A stretch of 64,000 nucleotides of DNA, taken from NCBI GenBank assembly GCA_964397445.1, contig CAYNHZ010000001.1, forward strand, positions 75,287 to 139,286, given 5' to 3'. Source of the stretch: an uncultured Muribaculaceae bacterium (lineage in GTDB: Bacteria > Bacteroidota > Bacteroidia > Bacteroidales > UBA932). This document shows, one piece after another, positions 16,096-26,162 of the stretch. The stretch's first letter is position 1. Every line of letters begins with the position of its first letter. The translations under genes and the position numbers were made by a program. The notes beneath the pieces were generated by a model. The model searched no databases, had not been told where the DNA came from, and worked only from the letters and a program-made list of their open reading frames with translations.

Positions 16096-18891
16096 TCTAC
16101 ACAAATAACAGCCTGTCACCGAATTAGGATCTTTAGCAACCTCCTCTGGAGTCCCTTTTGAAATGATCCTTCCTCCACCACCTCCACCTAAAGGTCCCAT
16201 ATCGAAAAGATAATCGACAGATTTGAGAACATCTAAATTGTGCTCAATGATTATAACGGTATTTCCACCCTCAACTATCTTATCAATGACTCCGAGTAAC
16301 ACTTTAATATCGGCAGAATGTAACCCGGTTGTAGATTCATCAAGGAGATACAAAGACTTCCCGGTGCTCCTCTTTGACAACTCTGCAGCCAATTTAACTC
16401 GTTGATTTTCACCACCACTCAAGGTTGTGGAAGATTGACCCAATCTCACATAACCAAGTCCCACTTCGCTTAAGGTCCTCAATTTATATGCAATAGAGGG
16501 GATAGCTTCAAAAAAATCAACAGCTTGAGAAATTGTCATTTCCAAGACATCATTTATATTTTTCCCTTTGTACTTAACAGCAAGGACATCTGGTCTGAAT
16601 CGTTTCCCATTGCATTCCTTGCATTTAACACTTACTGAGGGGAGAAAATTCATCTCAATAATCTCAACTCCTGCCCCTTTACACGCTTCACATCTTCCCC
16701 CTTTTACATTGAAGGAAAATTTACCTGCATTGAAGCCTCGAATTTTTGCATCTGGTGTGGTCTCAAAAAGTTTACGAATATCGGATAAAACTCCGGTATA
16801 TGTTGCAGGGTTGCTCCTCGGTGAACGACCTATGGGTAATTGATCCACCTCAACAATCTTATCAATATTCTCAATTCCAAGTATTTCACGATATGGAAGG
16901 GGATCGTACAATGAATTATAAAAATAGTTGCTCAATATGGGCATCAAAGTTTCATTGATCAGCGAAGATTTACCACTTCCACTCACACCACTGATCCCGA
17001 CAAAGCATCCCAAAGGGATTGAAATATCAACATCTTTAAGATTATTTCCGGTTGCACCGAGAAGCTCTATAAATTTTCCGTTCCCTTTACGCCTAAATTG
17101 TGGAACCTCTATTTTATCTCTCCCCGATAAAAATTTTGAGGTAAAACCCGCTATCCCCTCGTCCAAAATATTTTCGGGTAATCCTGAAAAAAGAAGTTCT
17201 CCACCTCTCTCTCCTGCTCCAGGTCCTAAATCAATAAGCCAATCTGCACTTCTGATCATCTCCTCGTCGTGTTCGACAACCATCACTGTATTGCCCTCAT
17301 CTCTAAGTTTTTTCAAAGATTCTATCAATTTGATGTTGTCAGACTGATGCAATCCTATACTCGGCTCGTCCAAAATATACAATACATTGACCAATTGAGA
17401 ACTGATCTGAGTTGCTAACCTGATTCTTTGGCTCTCCCCTCCGCTAAGGCTCCTAGTCGCCCTGCTTAAAGAGAGATATGAGAGGCCTACATCCTTCAAA
17501 AAACCAACTCTGTCCCTCAACTCCTTCAAAATATCGACAGATATCACACTCTGCCTCTTATCCATTTTATCATTCAACGATAAGATCCATTTGTGAAGTT
17601 GATCAATATCCATATCGGAAACCTCGGCAATATTTTTATTATCTATCTTAAAGCTAAGCGATTCATCCCTAAGTCTCGTCCCTTTACAAACAGGGCAAAC
17701 AATCTCCTTTGTAAATCTCTCCTTCTTCTCAAAAGAGTTGTCGCTTTCGTCATCTCTGTGGTTAAGGGCTGCTATTACACCGGGAAAAGTCATCATCTCA
17801 GAGAGTCCTCCGATAGTATTTACCCTAAACAACTCATCAGAACCATATAATACGACATCAAGTACTCCATCAGACAACTCATTAATAGGAGAATAGAGGG
17901 AAAAATCATATTTTCTTGCCACCCCTTCGAGAATGGAGAAAATTTGATTATTTCTCCTCTCTCCAATAGGTTCAATCCCACCTGTAGCGATCGATTTAGT
18001 ATCGTCGGGGATAATCTTGGAAATATCGATCTCCGAAATAGAGCCTATCCCATTACAATGTGGACAAGCACCTTGAGGAGAATTAAATGAAAAGGTGTGC
18101 GGAGCAGGTTCAGGAAACGAGATACCGCTATCGGGACATATAAAATGTTTGCTGAAGTGGGCAATCTTACCATCTGTCAAGTCTAAAAGTGAAATAGACC
18201 CCTTTCCATAATTTAATGCTGTCATAACAGATTCTCTGATACGTTTCTCATCCTTATCAGACGGAACAATCTTATCAACAACCAACTCTATGTAATGGGC
18301 TTTATACCTATCAAGTCCGTTTGTCACATCTGAGATAGTTTTTATCTCCCCATCTATCCTCATCTGAGAATAGCCACGCCTTATCATTGTCTCAAACAAA
18401 TCTTTATAATTCCCCTTACGTCCGTTCACTAAAGGGGAGAGTATTATACATTTTTTGTTTGTATAAGAATTGATTATCAAAGTTACAATTTGCGCATCGG
18501 TATATCTTACCATCTCCTTACCGGTAACAGGCGAATAGGCCTTTGAGGCACGTGCATATAATAATCGGAGAAAATCGGAGATCTCAGTTATAGTCCCGAC
18601 TGTCGAACGGGGATTTCTATTTGTACTTTTTTGTTCAATGGCAATAGTTGGACTCAAACCCTCTATACTCTCGACATCAGGTCTTTCCAATACCCCGATA
18701 AATTGCTTTGCATAAGCTGAAAGGGTATCCATATAACGCCTTTGCGCCTCTGCGAATATTGTATCAAATGCTAAAGAGGACTTTCCACTGCCGCTAAGCC
18801 CTGTAATAACTATAAGCTTTCCGCGAGGAATCTTGACCGAGACCCCTTTAAGATTGTGCACATTTGCATTCTTTATATCGATATAATCCAT
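16087..18891 (-). CDS. uvrA: Excinuclease ABC subunit A
   Basis: 934 aa. Two ABC modules (GLSGSGKSS, GVSGSGKSS, two LSGGE signatures) and Cys4 zinc modules (CPHCNG, CPVCKG, CEACKG...CKECNG). Confidence 0.95.
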   Translation of the reverse strand: MDYIDIKNANVHNLKGVSVKIPRGKLIVITGLSGSGKSSLAFDTIFAEAQRRYMDTLSAYAKQFIGVLERPDVESIEGLSPTIAIEQKSTNRNPRSTVGTITEISDFLRLLYARASKAYSPVTGKEMVRYTDAQIVTLIINSYTNKKCIILSPLVNGRKGNYKDLFETMIRRGYSQMRIDGEIKTISDVTNGLDRYKAHYIELVVDKIVPSDKDEKRIRESVMTALNYGKGSISLLDLTDGKIAHFSKHFICPDSGISFPEPAPHTFSFNSPQGACPHCNGIGSISEIDISKIIPDDTKSIATGGIEPIGERRNNQIFSILEGVARKYDFSLYSPINELSDGVLDVVLYGSDELFRVNTIGGLSEMMTFPGVIAALNHRDDESDNSFEKKERFTKEIVCPVCKGTRLRDESLSFKIDNKNIAEVSDMDIDQLHKWILSLNDKMDKRQSVISVDILKELRDRVGFLKDVGLSYLSLSRATRSLSGGESQRIRLATQISSQLVNVLYILDEPSIGLHQSDNIKLIESLKKLRDEGNTVMVVEHDEEMIRSADWLIDLGPGAGERGGELLFSGLPENILDEGIAGFTSKFLSGRDKIEVPQFRRKGNGKFIELLGATGNNLKDVDISIPLGCFVGISGVSGSGKSSLINETLMPILSNYFYNSLYDPLPYREILGIENIDKIVEVDQLPIGRSPRSNPATYTGVLSDIRKLFETTPDAKIRGFNAGKFSFNVKGGRCEACKGAGVEIIEMNFLPSVSVKCKECNGKRFRPDVLAVKYKGKNINDVLEMTISQAVDFFEAIPSIAYKLRTLSEVGLGYVRLGQSSTTLSGGENQRVKLAAELSKRSTGKSLYLLDESTTGLHSADIKVLLGVIDKIVEGGNTVIIIEHNLDVLKSVDYLFDMGPLGGGGGGRIISKGTPEEVAKDPNSVTGCYLCRLL

Positions 18892-18896
18892 AAAGA

Positions 18897-19535
18897 TTAA
18901 ACTCTATGCAAAAAAGGATTTGTCCCCTTCTCTGTAGAAATAGTCGTTGATGGACCGTGCCCCGGATATACTATCGTTTCATCAGGAAGAGGGAGGATCT
19001 TTGCATAAAGGCTCTCCATCAACACATCGTAGTCACCTCCGGGAAGATCGGTTCTCCCTATACTCCCTGCAAATAGTGAATCACCTGTGATGACATAATT
19101 TTCCCCCTTATTATAAAGAACAACCCCTCCGTTTGAGTGACCGGGTGAGGTAAACACCTCCAACTTTATATCTCCTATCGACAAGACCATCCCATCGGTA
19201 AGATCAATTATATTCTCTGTGGGTTGCTCAAACTCATACCCGAAATACCCTCCGTAAGATGTTGACCTTGCAATTTGAGAAAGATCCCCACTATTCATAT
19301 ATGTTGGCACTCCCCATCTCTTTGATACATAAGCATTTCCCATAATATGATCAAAGTGACCGTGGGTGTTGATCAACATTATTGGATCGAGATTATTATC
19401 TACTATAAACTTCTCCAATCTCCTCTTTTCGCTATCCGAATAGCAACCGGGATCAATAATTGCGCATTTTTTTGTTTCATCGTAAACAACATAACAACAA
19501 GTGCGCAGATCGTTAAAATAAAATGTTTTAATCAT
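18897..19535 (-). CDS. MBL-fold metallo-hydrolase (glyoxalase II-like)
   Basis: THGHFDH metal-binding motif, downstream H and D ligands. 212 aa. Confidence 0.8.
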   Translation of the reverse strand: MIKTFYFNDLRTCCYVVYDETKKCAIIDPGCYSDSEKRRLEKFIVDNNLDPIMLINTHGHFDHIMGNAYVSKRWGVPTYMNSGDLSQIARSTSYGGYFGYEFEQPTENIIDLTDGMVLSIGDIKLEVFTSPGHSNGGVVLYNKGENYVITGDSLFAGSIGRTDLPGGDYDVLMESLYAKILPLPDETIVYPGHGPSTTISTEKGTNPFLHRV

Positions 19536-19586
19536 AATATATGTAGATTGCTATTAATTTAAATAATTCTTTGGCTTTACTTTTTG

Positions 19587-19594
19587 CAAAAATA
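19587..19594 (-). promoter_or_regulatory. -7 box (TATTTTTG on minus strand) for the MBL hydrolase-uvrA unit
   Basis: Exact TAnnTTTG, 52 nt upstream of ATG 19535. Confidence 0.35.
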
Positions 19595-19617
19595 GAAAAT
19601 AATATAAAAAGAGTTAC

Positions 19618-19625
19618 TAATTTTG
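19618..19625 (+). promoter_or_regulatory. -7 box TAATTTTG for the deoxynucleoside kinase gene
   Basis: Exact TAnnTTTG, 34 nt upstream of ATG 19659. Confidence 0.4.
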
Positions 19626-19658
19626 CAATAATAGTCCATTCACAATAAACATTTCATT

Positions 19659-20273
19659 ATGCATATAGCAATAGCAGGAAATATAGGGAGTGGCAAGACC
19701 ACACTTACAGGGTTACTTGCCAAACATTACAATTGGGAACCTCGTTACGAATCTGTTGATTTTAACCCATATCTTTCCGATTTTTATAATGATATGAGAC
19801 GTTGGTCTTTCAACCTGCAAATCTATTTTCTAAATAGACGCTTTGCTGATATTGTCAGCTTTCAAAATAGCACCAACAATGTTGTTCAAGATAGGACTAT
19901 CTATGAAGATGCTATGATTTTCGCCCCCAACCTTCACGATATGGGGCTTATGGATTCAAGAGATTTTGAGAATTACACAGACTTGTTCAATCTTATGATG
20001 TCACTTGTAAATGCACCCGATCTCATTATCTATCTCAAATCTTCGATTCCTAATCTTGTTTCGCAAATTCAAAAAAGGGGGAGAGAGTATGAAAACAGCA
20101 TCCGTATCGATTATCTTAAAGGGCTGAATACGAGATATGATAGATGGATAAACGACTATCAATACTCAAAACTGATAATTAATGTTGATGAGTGCAAGTT
20201 TGAAGAGAATCCAAAAGATTTAAATTATATTATTGATTTGATTGACGCTCAATTATACGGTCTCTTCAAATAG
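19659..20273 (+). CDS. Deoxynucleoside kinase
   Basis: P-loop GNIGSGKTT, DR(T/S) and ERS-like motifs of the dAK/dGK family. 204 aa. Confidence 0.8.
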   Translation: MHIAIAGNIGSGKTTLTGLLAKHYNWEPRYESVDFNPYLSDFYNDMRRWSFNLQIYFLNRRFADIVSFQNSTNNVVQDRTIYEDAMIFAPNLHDMGLMDSRDFENYTDLFNLMMSLVNAPDLIIYLKSSIPNLVSQIQKRGREYENSIRIDYLKGLNTRYDRWINDYQYSKLIINVDECKFEENPKDLNYIIDLIDAQLYGLFK

Positions 20274-21278
20274 AGTTCTTTCGTATTTGCCAAATTTAGC
20301 CAACATCCCTTTAATCTCCTTTTTAGCAGATTTCCAGCGAGGTATATCGATTTTTGGGCCGATTACCTCTACCACTTTAGCAGCAATGATAGAACCTATC
20401 TCTCCACACTCTTTAAGGGGCATTCCGAGAGAGTGGGCATATAAAAATCCTGCGGCATAAATATCACCTGCACCAGTTGCGTCAATAGTATTGGCAGGCC
20501 AGGCCTCAATATAGTGATACTCCTCACCGCTTTTAACCATCGATCCGTCTTTCCCTATCTTGACAACCGCAATATCACAATTGGCAGCTATCACATCGAG
20601 AGCTTCTCGTGGACATTTACCGGTAAAAGCCTCTGCTTCTGTCTCATTAGCAAACACAATATTTACATAATTATCCACTATATCGTGTAAAAAAGCTTCG
20701 TTTGACTCTACAACATTGTATGAGGCCATATCTATGGAGATAATACAACCGGCTCTCTTTGCCATCTCCACTGCTGTCCTTAGAAGTTCTTGATTTTGTA
20801 CAAGATACCCTTCAATATGAAAATAGTCATAACCCTCAAAAAACTCCTGTTTGAGATCATCCGGAACCATTTCAAGGGATGCTCCGAGATAGACTGCAAA
20901 AGTTCTCTCTGCATTCGGTGCGGTTATGAAGACCATTGCCCTCCCTGAAGCGGAGACCCCCTTTAACAGATTGGATTTTATCCCTATTCTCTCTTGATCC
21001 GATTTGTACAACGCACCAAGTTCATCATCTCCAACTTTGCCTATAAAACCTGAGGGCATCCCAAAAATAGATGTCCCTGTAATTGTATTACCTGCAGAAC
21101 CACCTGCAACATATTGTACCCCCATCGGTTTCAAAGTCTGCCAGATCTTATCTCCCGTCTCCATATCCACGTGTTGCATACTCCCTTTAGGAAGGTGAAA
21201 ATATTTGAGAAAATCATCGTTTGGTAAAATCGCAAGGATATCTGTCAGGGCATTACCCATTCCTAAAATAGATTTCAT
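20253..21278 (-). CDS. PfkB-family carbohydrate/adenosine kinase
   Basis: N-terminal GMGNALTDIL and C-terminal DATGAGDIYAAGF motifs of ribokinase/PfkB family. Start moved to MKSILGMGNA (ATG 21278). Confidence 0.7.
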   Translation of the reverse strand: MKSILGMGNALTDILAILPNDDFLKYFHLPKGSMQHVDMETGDKIWQTLKPMGVQYVAGGSAGNTITGTSIFGMPSGFIGKVGDDELGALYKSDQERIGIKSNLLKGVSASGRAMVFITAPNAERTFAVYLGASLEMVPDDLKQEFFEGYDYFHIEGYLVQNQELLRTAVEMAKRAGCIISIDMASYNVVESNEAFLHDIVDNYVNIVFANETEAEAFTGKCPREALDVIAANCDIAVVKIGKDGSMVKSGEEYHYIEAWPANTIDATGAGDIYAAGFLYAHSLGMPLKECGEIGSIIAAKVVEVIGPKIDIPRWKSAKKEIKGMLAKFGKYERTLFEETV

Positions 21279-21311
21279 AAATAAAATATGAGATAGTAAT
21301 TTTTTAACACA

Positions 21312-21319
21312 CAAAGATA
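21312..21319 (-). promoter_or_regulatory. -7 box (TATCTTTG on minus strand) for the PfkB kinase gene
   Basis: Exact TAnnTTTG, 34 nt upstream of ATG 21278. This supports the shortened start. Confidence 0.4.
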
Positions 21320-21340
21320 GATAAAACCAATTGAAATTTG

Positions 21341-21348
21341 TAGGTTTG
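21341..21348 (+). promoter_or_regulatory. -7 box TAGGTTTG for panCD
   Basis: Exact TAnnTTTG, 19 nt upstream of ATG 21367. Confidence 0.4.
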
Positions 21349-21366
21349 CATGCAATTTAGTTAACA

Positions 21367-22215
21367 ATGATTATAGCAAAAACATTAGCAGAATTTAACT
21401 CTGCATACCTGACTCTAAAAGGTAAAAAAGTTATTGGTCTTGTACCAACTATGGGAGCACTTCACGAAGGTCATTTATCATTGATAAACAGGGCAGTAAA
21501 AGAATGTGATGCAGTTATTGTATCGGACTTTGTAAACCCAACTCAATTCAATAATAAGGCCGATTTTGAAACATACCCGAGAACACTCGAATCCGACTGC
21601 GCATTTTTAGACTCTTCCGGTGTAGATATTGTTTTAGCCCCAAGGGTGATAGATATGTATCCAACCGGTGAGGGAATCGAAAAAAAGACGATAGATTTGG
21701 GCGGACTTGATCTGTATGGAGAGGGACCGCGAAGGCCAGGACACTTCAATGGAATGGCACAAATAGTGACACGACTTTTTGATATTGTAAAGCCTCAAAA
21801 AAGTTATTTTGGAGAGAAAGATTTCCAACAACTTGCAATAATAGAATACTTTACAAAAAATCTTAAATACGATATTGAGATCGTAAGATGCCCAATTGCA
21901 AGAGGAGAAGATGGTTTGGCATTGAGTTCGAGGAATAAACTTCTGACTACTGAACAAAGAGAAGCTGCTCCACATATCTACAAATGTATCTCACAAGCAC
22001 AATCGTTAGTTGGAAAGGTTTCTGTATCTGATGCCATTGAGATAGTTACAGAAAATATAAATAAGAATAAATTTTTAGAAACAGAGTATGTAGAAATTAT
22101 AAATAGTCTAACTTTGCAACCTATTTCAGAGTGGAACGACGCCAAACATATACAATTATCTTGTGCTGTATTTGCGAAGCCTGTAAGATTGATTGACAAT
22201 ATTAAACTCAAGTAA
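21367..22215 (+). CDS. panC: Pantoate--beta-alanine ligase
   Basis: [17 protein letters not shown]-type motif. 282 aa, full-length pantothenate synthetase architecture. Confidence 0.9.
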   Translation: MIIAKTLAEFNSAYLTLKGKKVIGLVPTMGALHEGHLSLINRAVKECDAVIVSDFVNPTQFNNKADFETYPRTLESDCAFLDSSGVDIVLAPRVIDMYPTGEGIEKKTIDLGGLDLYGEGPRRPGHFNGMAQIVTRLFDIVKPQKSYFGEKDFQQLAIIEYFTKNLKYDIEIVRCPIARGEDGLALSSRNKLLTTEQREAAPHIYKCISQAQSLVGKVSVSDAIEIVTENINKNKFLETEYVEIINSLTLQPISEWNDAKHIQLSCAVFAKPVRLIDNIKLK

Positions 22216-22216
22216 A

Positions 22217-22567
22217 ATGTTTTTAGAAATTTTAAAATCAAAGATTCATAGGGTTAAGGTTACTGAGGCAAATCTCAATTACATCGGGAGCATAACTATT
22301 GATTCCGCATTGATGGAAGCTTCCGGAATTTTAGAGGGGGAGAAGGTATCTGTCGTTAATATCTCAAATGGTAACAGATTGGAAACTTATGCAATACCCG
22401 GAGAGAGGGGAAGCGGCAAAATAGGATTGAATGGAGCTGCTGCTCACCAATTTGCTATTGGAGATATTATTATTATTATGTCTTATGCTTTGATGTCTCC
22501 TGATGAGGCAAAATCTTTTAAACCATCTTTGGTCTTCCCTGATACCGAAACAAATCATATTTTATGA
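22217..22567 (+). CDS. panD: Aspartate 1-decarboxylase
   Basis: [29 protein letters not shown] contains the G-S self-processing site. Start set at ATG 22217, 1 nt after the panC stop. Confidence 0.9.
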   Translation: MFLEILKSKIHRVKVTEANLNYIGSITIDSALMEASGILEGEKVSVVNISNGNRLETYAIPGERGSGKIGLNGAAAHQFAIGDIIIIMSYALMSPDEAKSFKPSLVFPDTETNHIL

Positions 22568-23598
22568 CAATCTCTCAAGATATGTCAGGGAAAAGCTCAA
22601 AGCAAAAAATCAGTTGGTGGAAATGGCTTTTGATGTTAGCTGTTTCTTTCGTTTTATTGTATTTTGCATTCAAGGGGGTAAAATGGTCGGACTTTATCGA
22701 GGGGATAAAAAGTTGCAATTTCTGGTGGATCGGAGTCTCAATGATTGTTAGCATTTTGGCTTTTGTGATCCGGGGCTTGAGATGGAGGCTCATAATGTTA
22801 CCACTAAACAAAACTATCACTCGTAGAGAGGCTTATGATGGGGTCACAATTGCTTATCTCACAAATTTTGCCTTGCCTCGGGCAGGAGAGTTTGCAAGAT
22901 GTGGTGTGATAGCGGCAACCGGTAAGACCTCTTTCGAGTCAGCACTCGGAAGTGTTGTCTTAGAAAGAAGTATTGATATGCTCTGCTACCTTATCATCCT
23001 TTTTACAGTTATTATCGCAAAATGGAGCAAGTTTGGAGATTTCATAACAAAAGAGATTTGGGGATCTGCAGTTGGCAGCTTTAAGATAGATTTCATTTGG
23101 ATAGCAGCGATCGTAATAGTAATTATTGCAGCGATATGTATAGCTCTTTACCATTTCAGGGTGAGTCTGAAAAAAACAAAATTCTTTTCTAAATTTTTTA
23201 AAATTTTAAACGGCTTGTGGTCAGGGCTTCTTTCTGGCTTTAAGATGGAGCATAAATGGGGTTTTCTTATTTACACTATCTTATTGTGGGTATGTTATTG
23301 GGCAATGAGTATCTCTACCATAAATGCTTTCCCTCAAGTATCTGATTTAGATATAATTGATGCTCTATTTCTAATGGTTGTAGGGGGGTTAGGTTGGATT
23401 ATTCCGGTTCAAGGGGGGATAGGGGCATATCACTTCATTTTATCCCTTGCAATAGCCTCAATCTATGGTATTCCACAGACCTCCGGGATTATTTTTGCCA
23501 CTATATCACACGAAAGTCAAGCTGTTACTATGCTTATTTGCGGAGCTGTTTCACTTGCAAGTATTTATTATACATCTAAAGTTAAAAAAAATCGCTAA
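22564..23598 (+). CDS. UPF0104 / LPG-synthase-TM (flippase-like) family integral membrane protein
   Basis: About 8 TM helices. The layout resembles the MprF N-terminal flippase-like domain. ATGA start/stop overlap with panD. Confidence 0.55.
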   Translation: MTISQDMSGKSSKQKISWWKWLLMLAVSFVLLYFAFKGVKWSDFIEGIKSCNFWWIGVSMIVSILAFVIRGLRWRLIMLPLNKTITRREAYDGVTIAYLTNFALPRAGEFARCGVIAATGKTSFESALGSVVLERSIDMLCYLIILFTVIIAKWSKFGDFITKEIWGSAVGSFKIDFIWIAAIVIVIIAAICIALYHFRVSLKKTKFFSKFFKILNGLWSGLLSGFKMEHKWGFLIYTILLWVCYWAMSISTINAFPQVSDLDIIDALFLMVVGGLGWIIPVQGGIGAYHFILSLAIASIYGIPQTSGIIFATISHESQAVTMLICGAVSLASIYYTSKVKKNR

Positions 23599-23632
23599 TT
23601 TTGATTATTATTTATAGTTAATACACACTATT

Positions 23633-24286
23633 ATGAAGGCTAAATTATACTCAATCATACTGTTACTATCTCTATTATGCTACCCTGTGTTCGGCCAAAA
23701 AAATAAAGTCCGTGATGCCGAGTACTATCCGAGAAATGAGTTGTACATCCAATACGGTACCCCTACTGTTCTGGAGCTTGCCACAACATTACAAAGCAAT
23801 ATCTCATCAAATAATGGGAGCGGAGAGTCTAAAAACTACAAATTTACCGGCGTAGGAAGTTTAGGATATAATTTCTCGATAACAGAAAAATTTGCTGTCG
23901 GTGTCTATGGTGGTGTCAGTTACGCAAGTGCAGATCTATATGTGACAAAAGCACCCAATTATAATATCACAGATCCTATTCTTCTATATCGTACAGGCAT
24001 TGTCAGCTACACTGGACAAGTTTCAGCAACTTGGACATTTTTTTCATCCGGGGCTATTGAGTGCTCTTCAGCTGCATATCTCGGTGTAGGCTTTTTAGAC
24101 GAGACTATAACCCCTTACGACACAGGTTCGAGGGTATTTAATATTCCAGAAGCAAAAGATAAATGGAAAGTTGCTTACCACCTCACCGCCATCAAATTCA
24201 GATACGGAGAGATGGTTGGTGGTTTTGTGGAATTGGGTTTCGGATACCGCGGGTTAGTGAATATAGGTATGTCTGTTAAGCTATAA
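23633..24286 (+). CDS. Hypothetical secreted protein, probably a small outer-membrane beta-barrel
   Basis: Signal peptide MKAKLYSIILLLSLLCYPVFGQ followed by alternating amphipathic beta-strand pattern. No recognisable catalytic motif. Confidence 0.4.
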   Translation: MKAKLYSIILLLSLLCYPVFGQKNKVRDAEYYPRNELYIQYGTPTVLELATTLQSNISSNNGSGESKNYKFTGVGSLGYNFSITEKFAVGVYGGVSYASADLYVTKAPNYNITDPILLYRTGIVSYTGQVSATWTFFSSGAIECSSAAYLGVGFLDETITPYDTGSRVFNIPEAKDKWKVAYHLTAIKFRYGEMVGGFVELGFGYRGLVNIGMSVKL

Positions 24287-24296
24287 TCGACAATTA

Positions 24297-26141
24297 TCAA
24301 AATTGAATAACGACTGAACTCTCGGCAGGAACCTCAAGAACATCTCCTGCTTTGATCTTATCTCCGGTCATAATATCAACCCCTTCAAAGACCCTCTTTA
24401 CAGAGAACACCTCGTCATATCTTGACCAATCTACCTCAAAATTTGACTCGCCATTATTGATAACAACCATAACAAGATCATTATCAGTATATCTGAAATA
24501 GGTATAAACATTGCCCTGAGGAAGAAAATGTTTTAATTTTCCATTGCAAACTGCTTGAGAAGTTTTTCTCCATTGTAACAATTTTCTACAATGATTAAAC
24601 AACTCGTTTTGGAATTGATCCCTTCCGTTAGGGGTAAAAGCATTTTTCTTATCCCCTTTCCACCCTCCTGGAAAATCCACCCTCTCTTGGATATGTCCAG
24701 AAGTTCCATCTAAACTCCTAAGCATAATCTCATCCCCATAATAGAGTTGAGGAATCCCTCTTGTAGTCAATAATAAAGAATAGGCGTTTTTCATCCTCGA
24801 CAACACCTTACTTTCACTTACTTTTCCAGCTCCAAAAATGTAAGCAGGACGGGGAGTATCGTGGTTAGAGATGAATGTAAGCAAATTATTAGGCTTTTCA
24901 TAAGCAAAATCGAGTGATAAAAGATTGTATATCTTTTTTATACCACTATTCCACCCTGGGAGTGCATCATTTTGATTTAGAGCCATTGAGATATTATCTT
25001 GAAGAGCAAAATCCATCACCATAGAGAGATTAGATGTATAACCATCTCTATTCTTTTCCACCCAATACGCCTGTTCAAGTGGGGAGTGAAACCAACACTC
25101 TCCAACAACCGTAAAATTTGGATACTCTTTAAGGATAGCTGCTACCCATTCTGATATTTTATATTTATCACTGTAAGGGAAGGTATCCACACGTATCCCA
25201 TCAAGGTCAGCATACTCAACCCACCAAATAGCCATTTGTTTGAAATATTGAAGCAAGTATGGATTTCGCAGATTCATATCTGCCATTGTGTGGTCAAACC
25301 ACCCTGTAATACACAACTCTTTATCATAATCACTTGCATTGGGGTCAGAATGGGTGGACATAGCCCAATTCGATTCTGTATAGGTATCAAACTTGTAAAC
25401 CCAATCTTCAAAAGGGAGATCCTTCATCCACCAATGAGCCGTTCCACAATGATTTGGAACAATATCTTGAATAAATTTCAACCCTTTTTTATGTGAAGCA
25501 TCGATTAGCTCCTTATAGAGGTCATTTGTCCCGTAACGGGGATCTATCATATAATAATCTGCACAGGCATAGCCGTGATATGATGCAGAGGTCTCATTAT
25601 CAAAAGTGAGCGGCGTAGGCCAGATTGTTGTCACCCCCATATATGCAAGGTAATCTAAGTTTTTCATTATACCTGCAAGATCGCCTCCATGTCTTCCTCC
25701 TAAACTCTTCCTATCACACTTCTCAACTGCCAAAGGGGAAGAATCATTACTTTGATCTCCATTTGCAAATCTATCAGGCATCAACAGATAGAGCACATCT
25801 GAAGAGCCAAACCCCCTCCTCTCTTTTGAGCCTGTCCTCCTCTCCTGAAAAAGATAATCAAACTTAGATTTTGTCCCGTCACCCTTTATCAATGTAAAAG
25901 TATATTTTCCCGGTTTTATGCGTTCAGAGAGTTGAATATCAACAAAAAGATAATTCTTACTATCTCCATTATTTACAGCTGTAATCAATATATCATCACT
26001 ACTGCTTATAACTTTTGCCCCTGAAATATTATCTCCATATATCATCAATGTAAGTGGAGTCTCCATCCCTACCCACCAAGATGGGGGTTCAACTTTAGTA
26101 ATGAAAGATAAAGTTAAAAATAACATCGCTATTAATTTCAT
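24297..26141 (-). CDS. GH13 alpha-glucan hydrolase with cyclomaltodextrinase-type N-terminal domain (SusA-like role, periplasmic)
   Basis: Signal peptide. GH13 regions I DIVPNH, II GIRVDTFPY, III VVGECW, IV ISNHDTPR. Confidence 0.8.
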   Translation of the reverse strand: MKLIAMLFLTLSFITKVEPPSWWVGMETPLTLMIYGDNISGAKVISSSDDILITAVNNGDSKNYLFVDIQLSERIKPGKYTFTLIKGDGTKSKFDYLFQERRTGSKERRGFGSSDVLYLLMPDRFANGDQSNDSSPLAVEKCDRKSLGGRHGGDLAGIMKNLDYLAYMGVTTIWPTPLTFDNETSASYHGYACADYYMIDPRYGTNDLYKELIDASHKKGLKFIQDIVPNHCGTAHWWMKDLPFEDWVYKFDTYTESNWAMSTHSDPNASDYDKELCITGWFDHTMADMNLRNPYLLQYFKQMAIWWVEYADLDGIRVDTFPYSDKYKISEWVAAILKEYPNFTVVGECWFHSPLEQAYWVEKNRDGYTSNLSMVMDFALQDNISMALNQNDALPGWNSGIKKIYNLLSLDFAYEKPNNLLTFISNHDTPRPAYIFGAGKVSESKVLSRMKNAYSLLLTTRGIPQLYYGDEIMLRSLDGTSGHIQERVDFPGGWKGDKKNAFTPNGRDQFQNELFNHCRKLLQWRKTSQAVCNGKLKHFLPQGNVYTYFRYTDNDLVMVVINNGESNFEVDWSRYDEVFSVKRVFEGVDIMTGDKIKAGDVLEVPAESSVVIQF

Positions 26142-26162
26142 ATATCGCTACTATTTAGATGA

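Noticed and set aside
22503-22751. An 82-aa plus-strand ORF spanning the panD/UPF0104 junction
   Set aside because: It is an alternative frame overlapping two better-supported genes. The ATGA-coupled arrangement of panD and the membrane protein explains the region.
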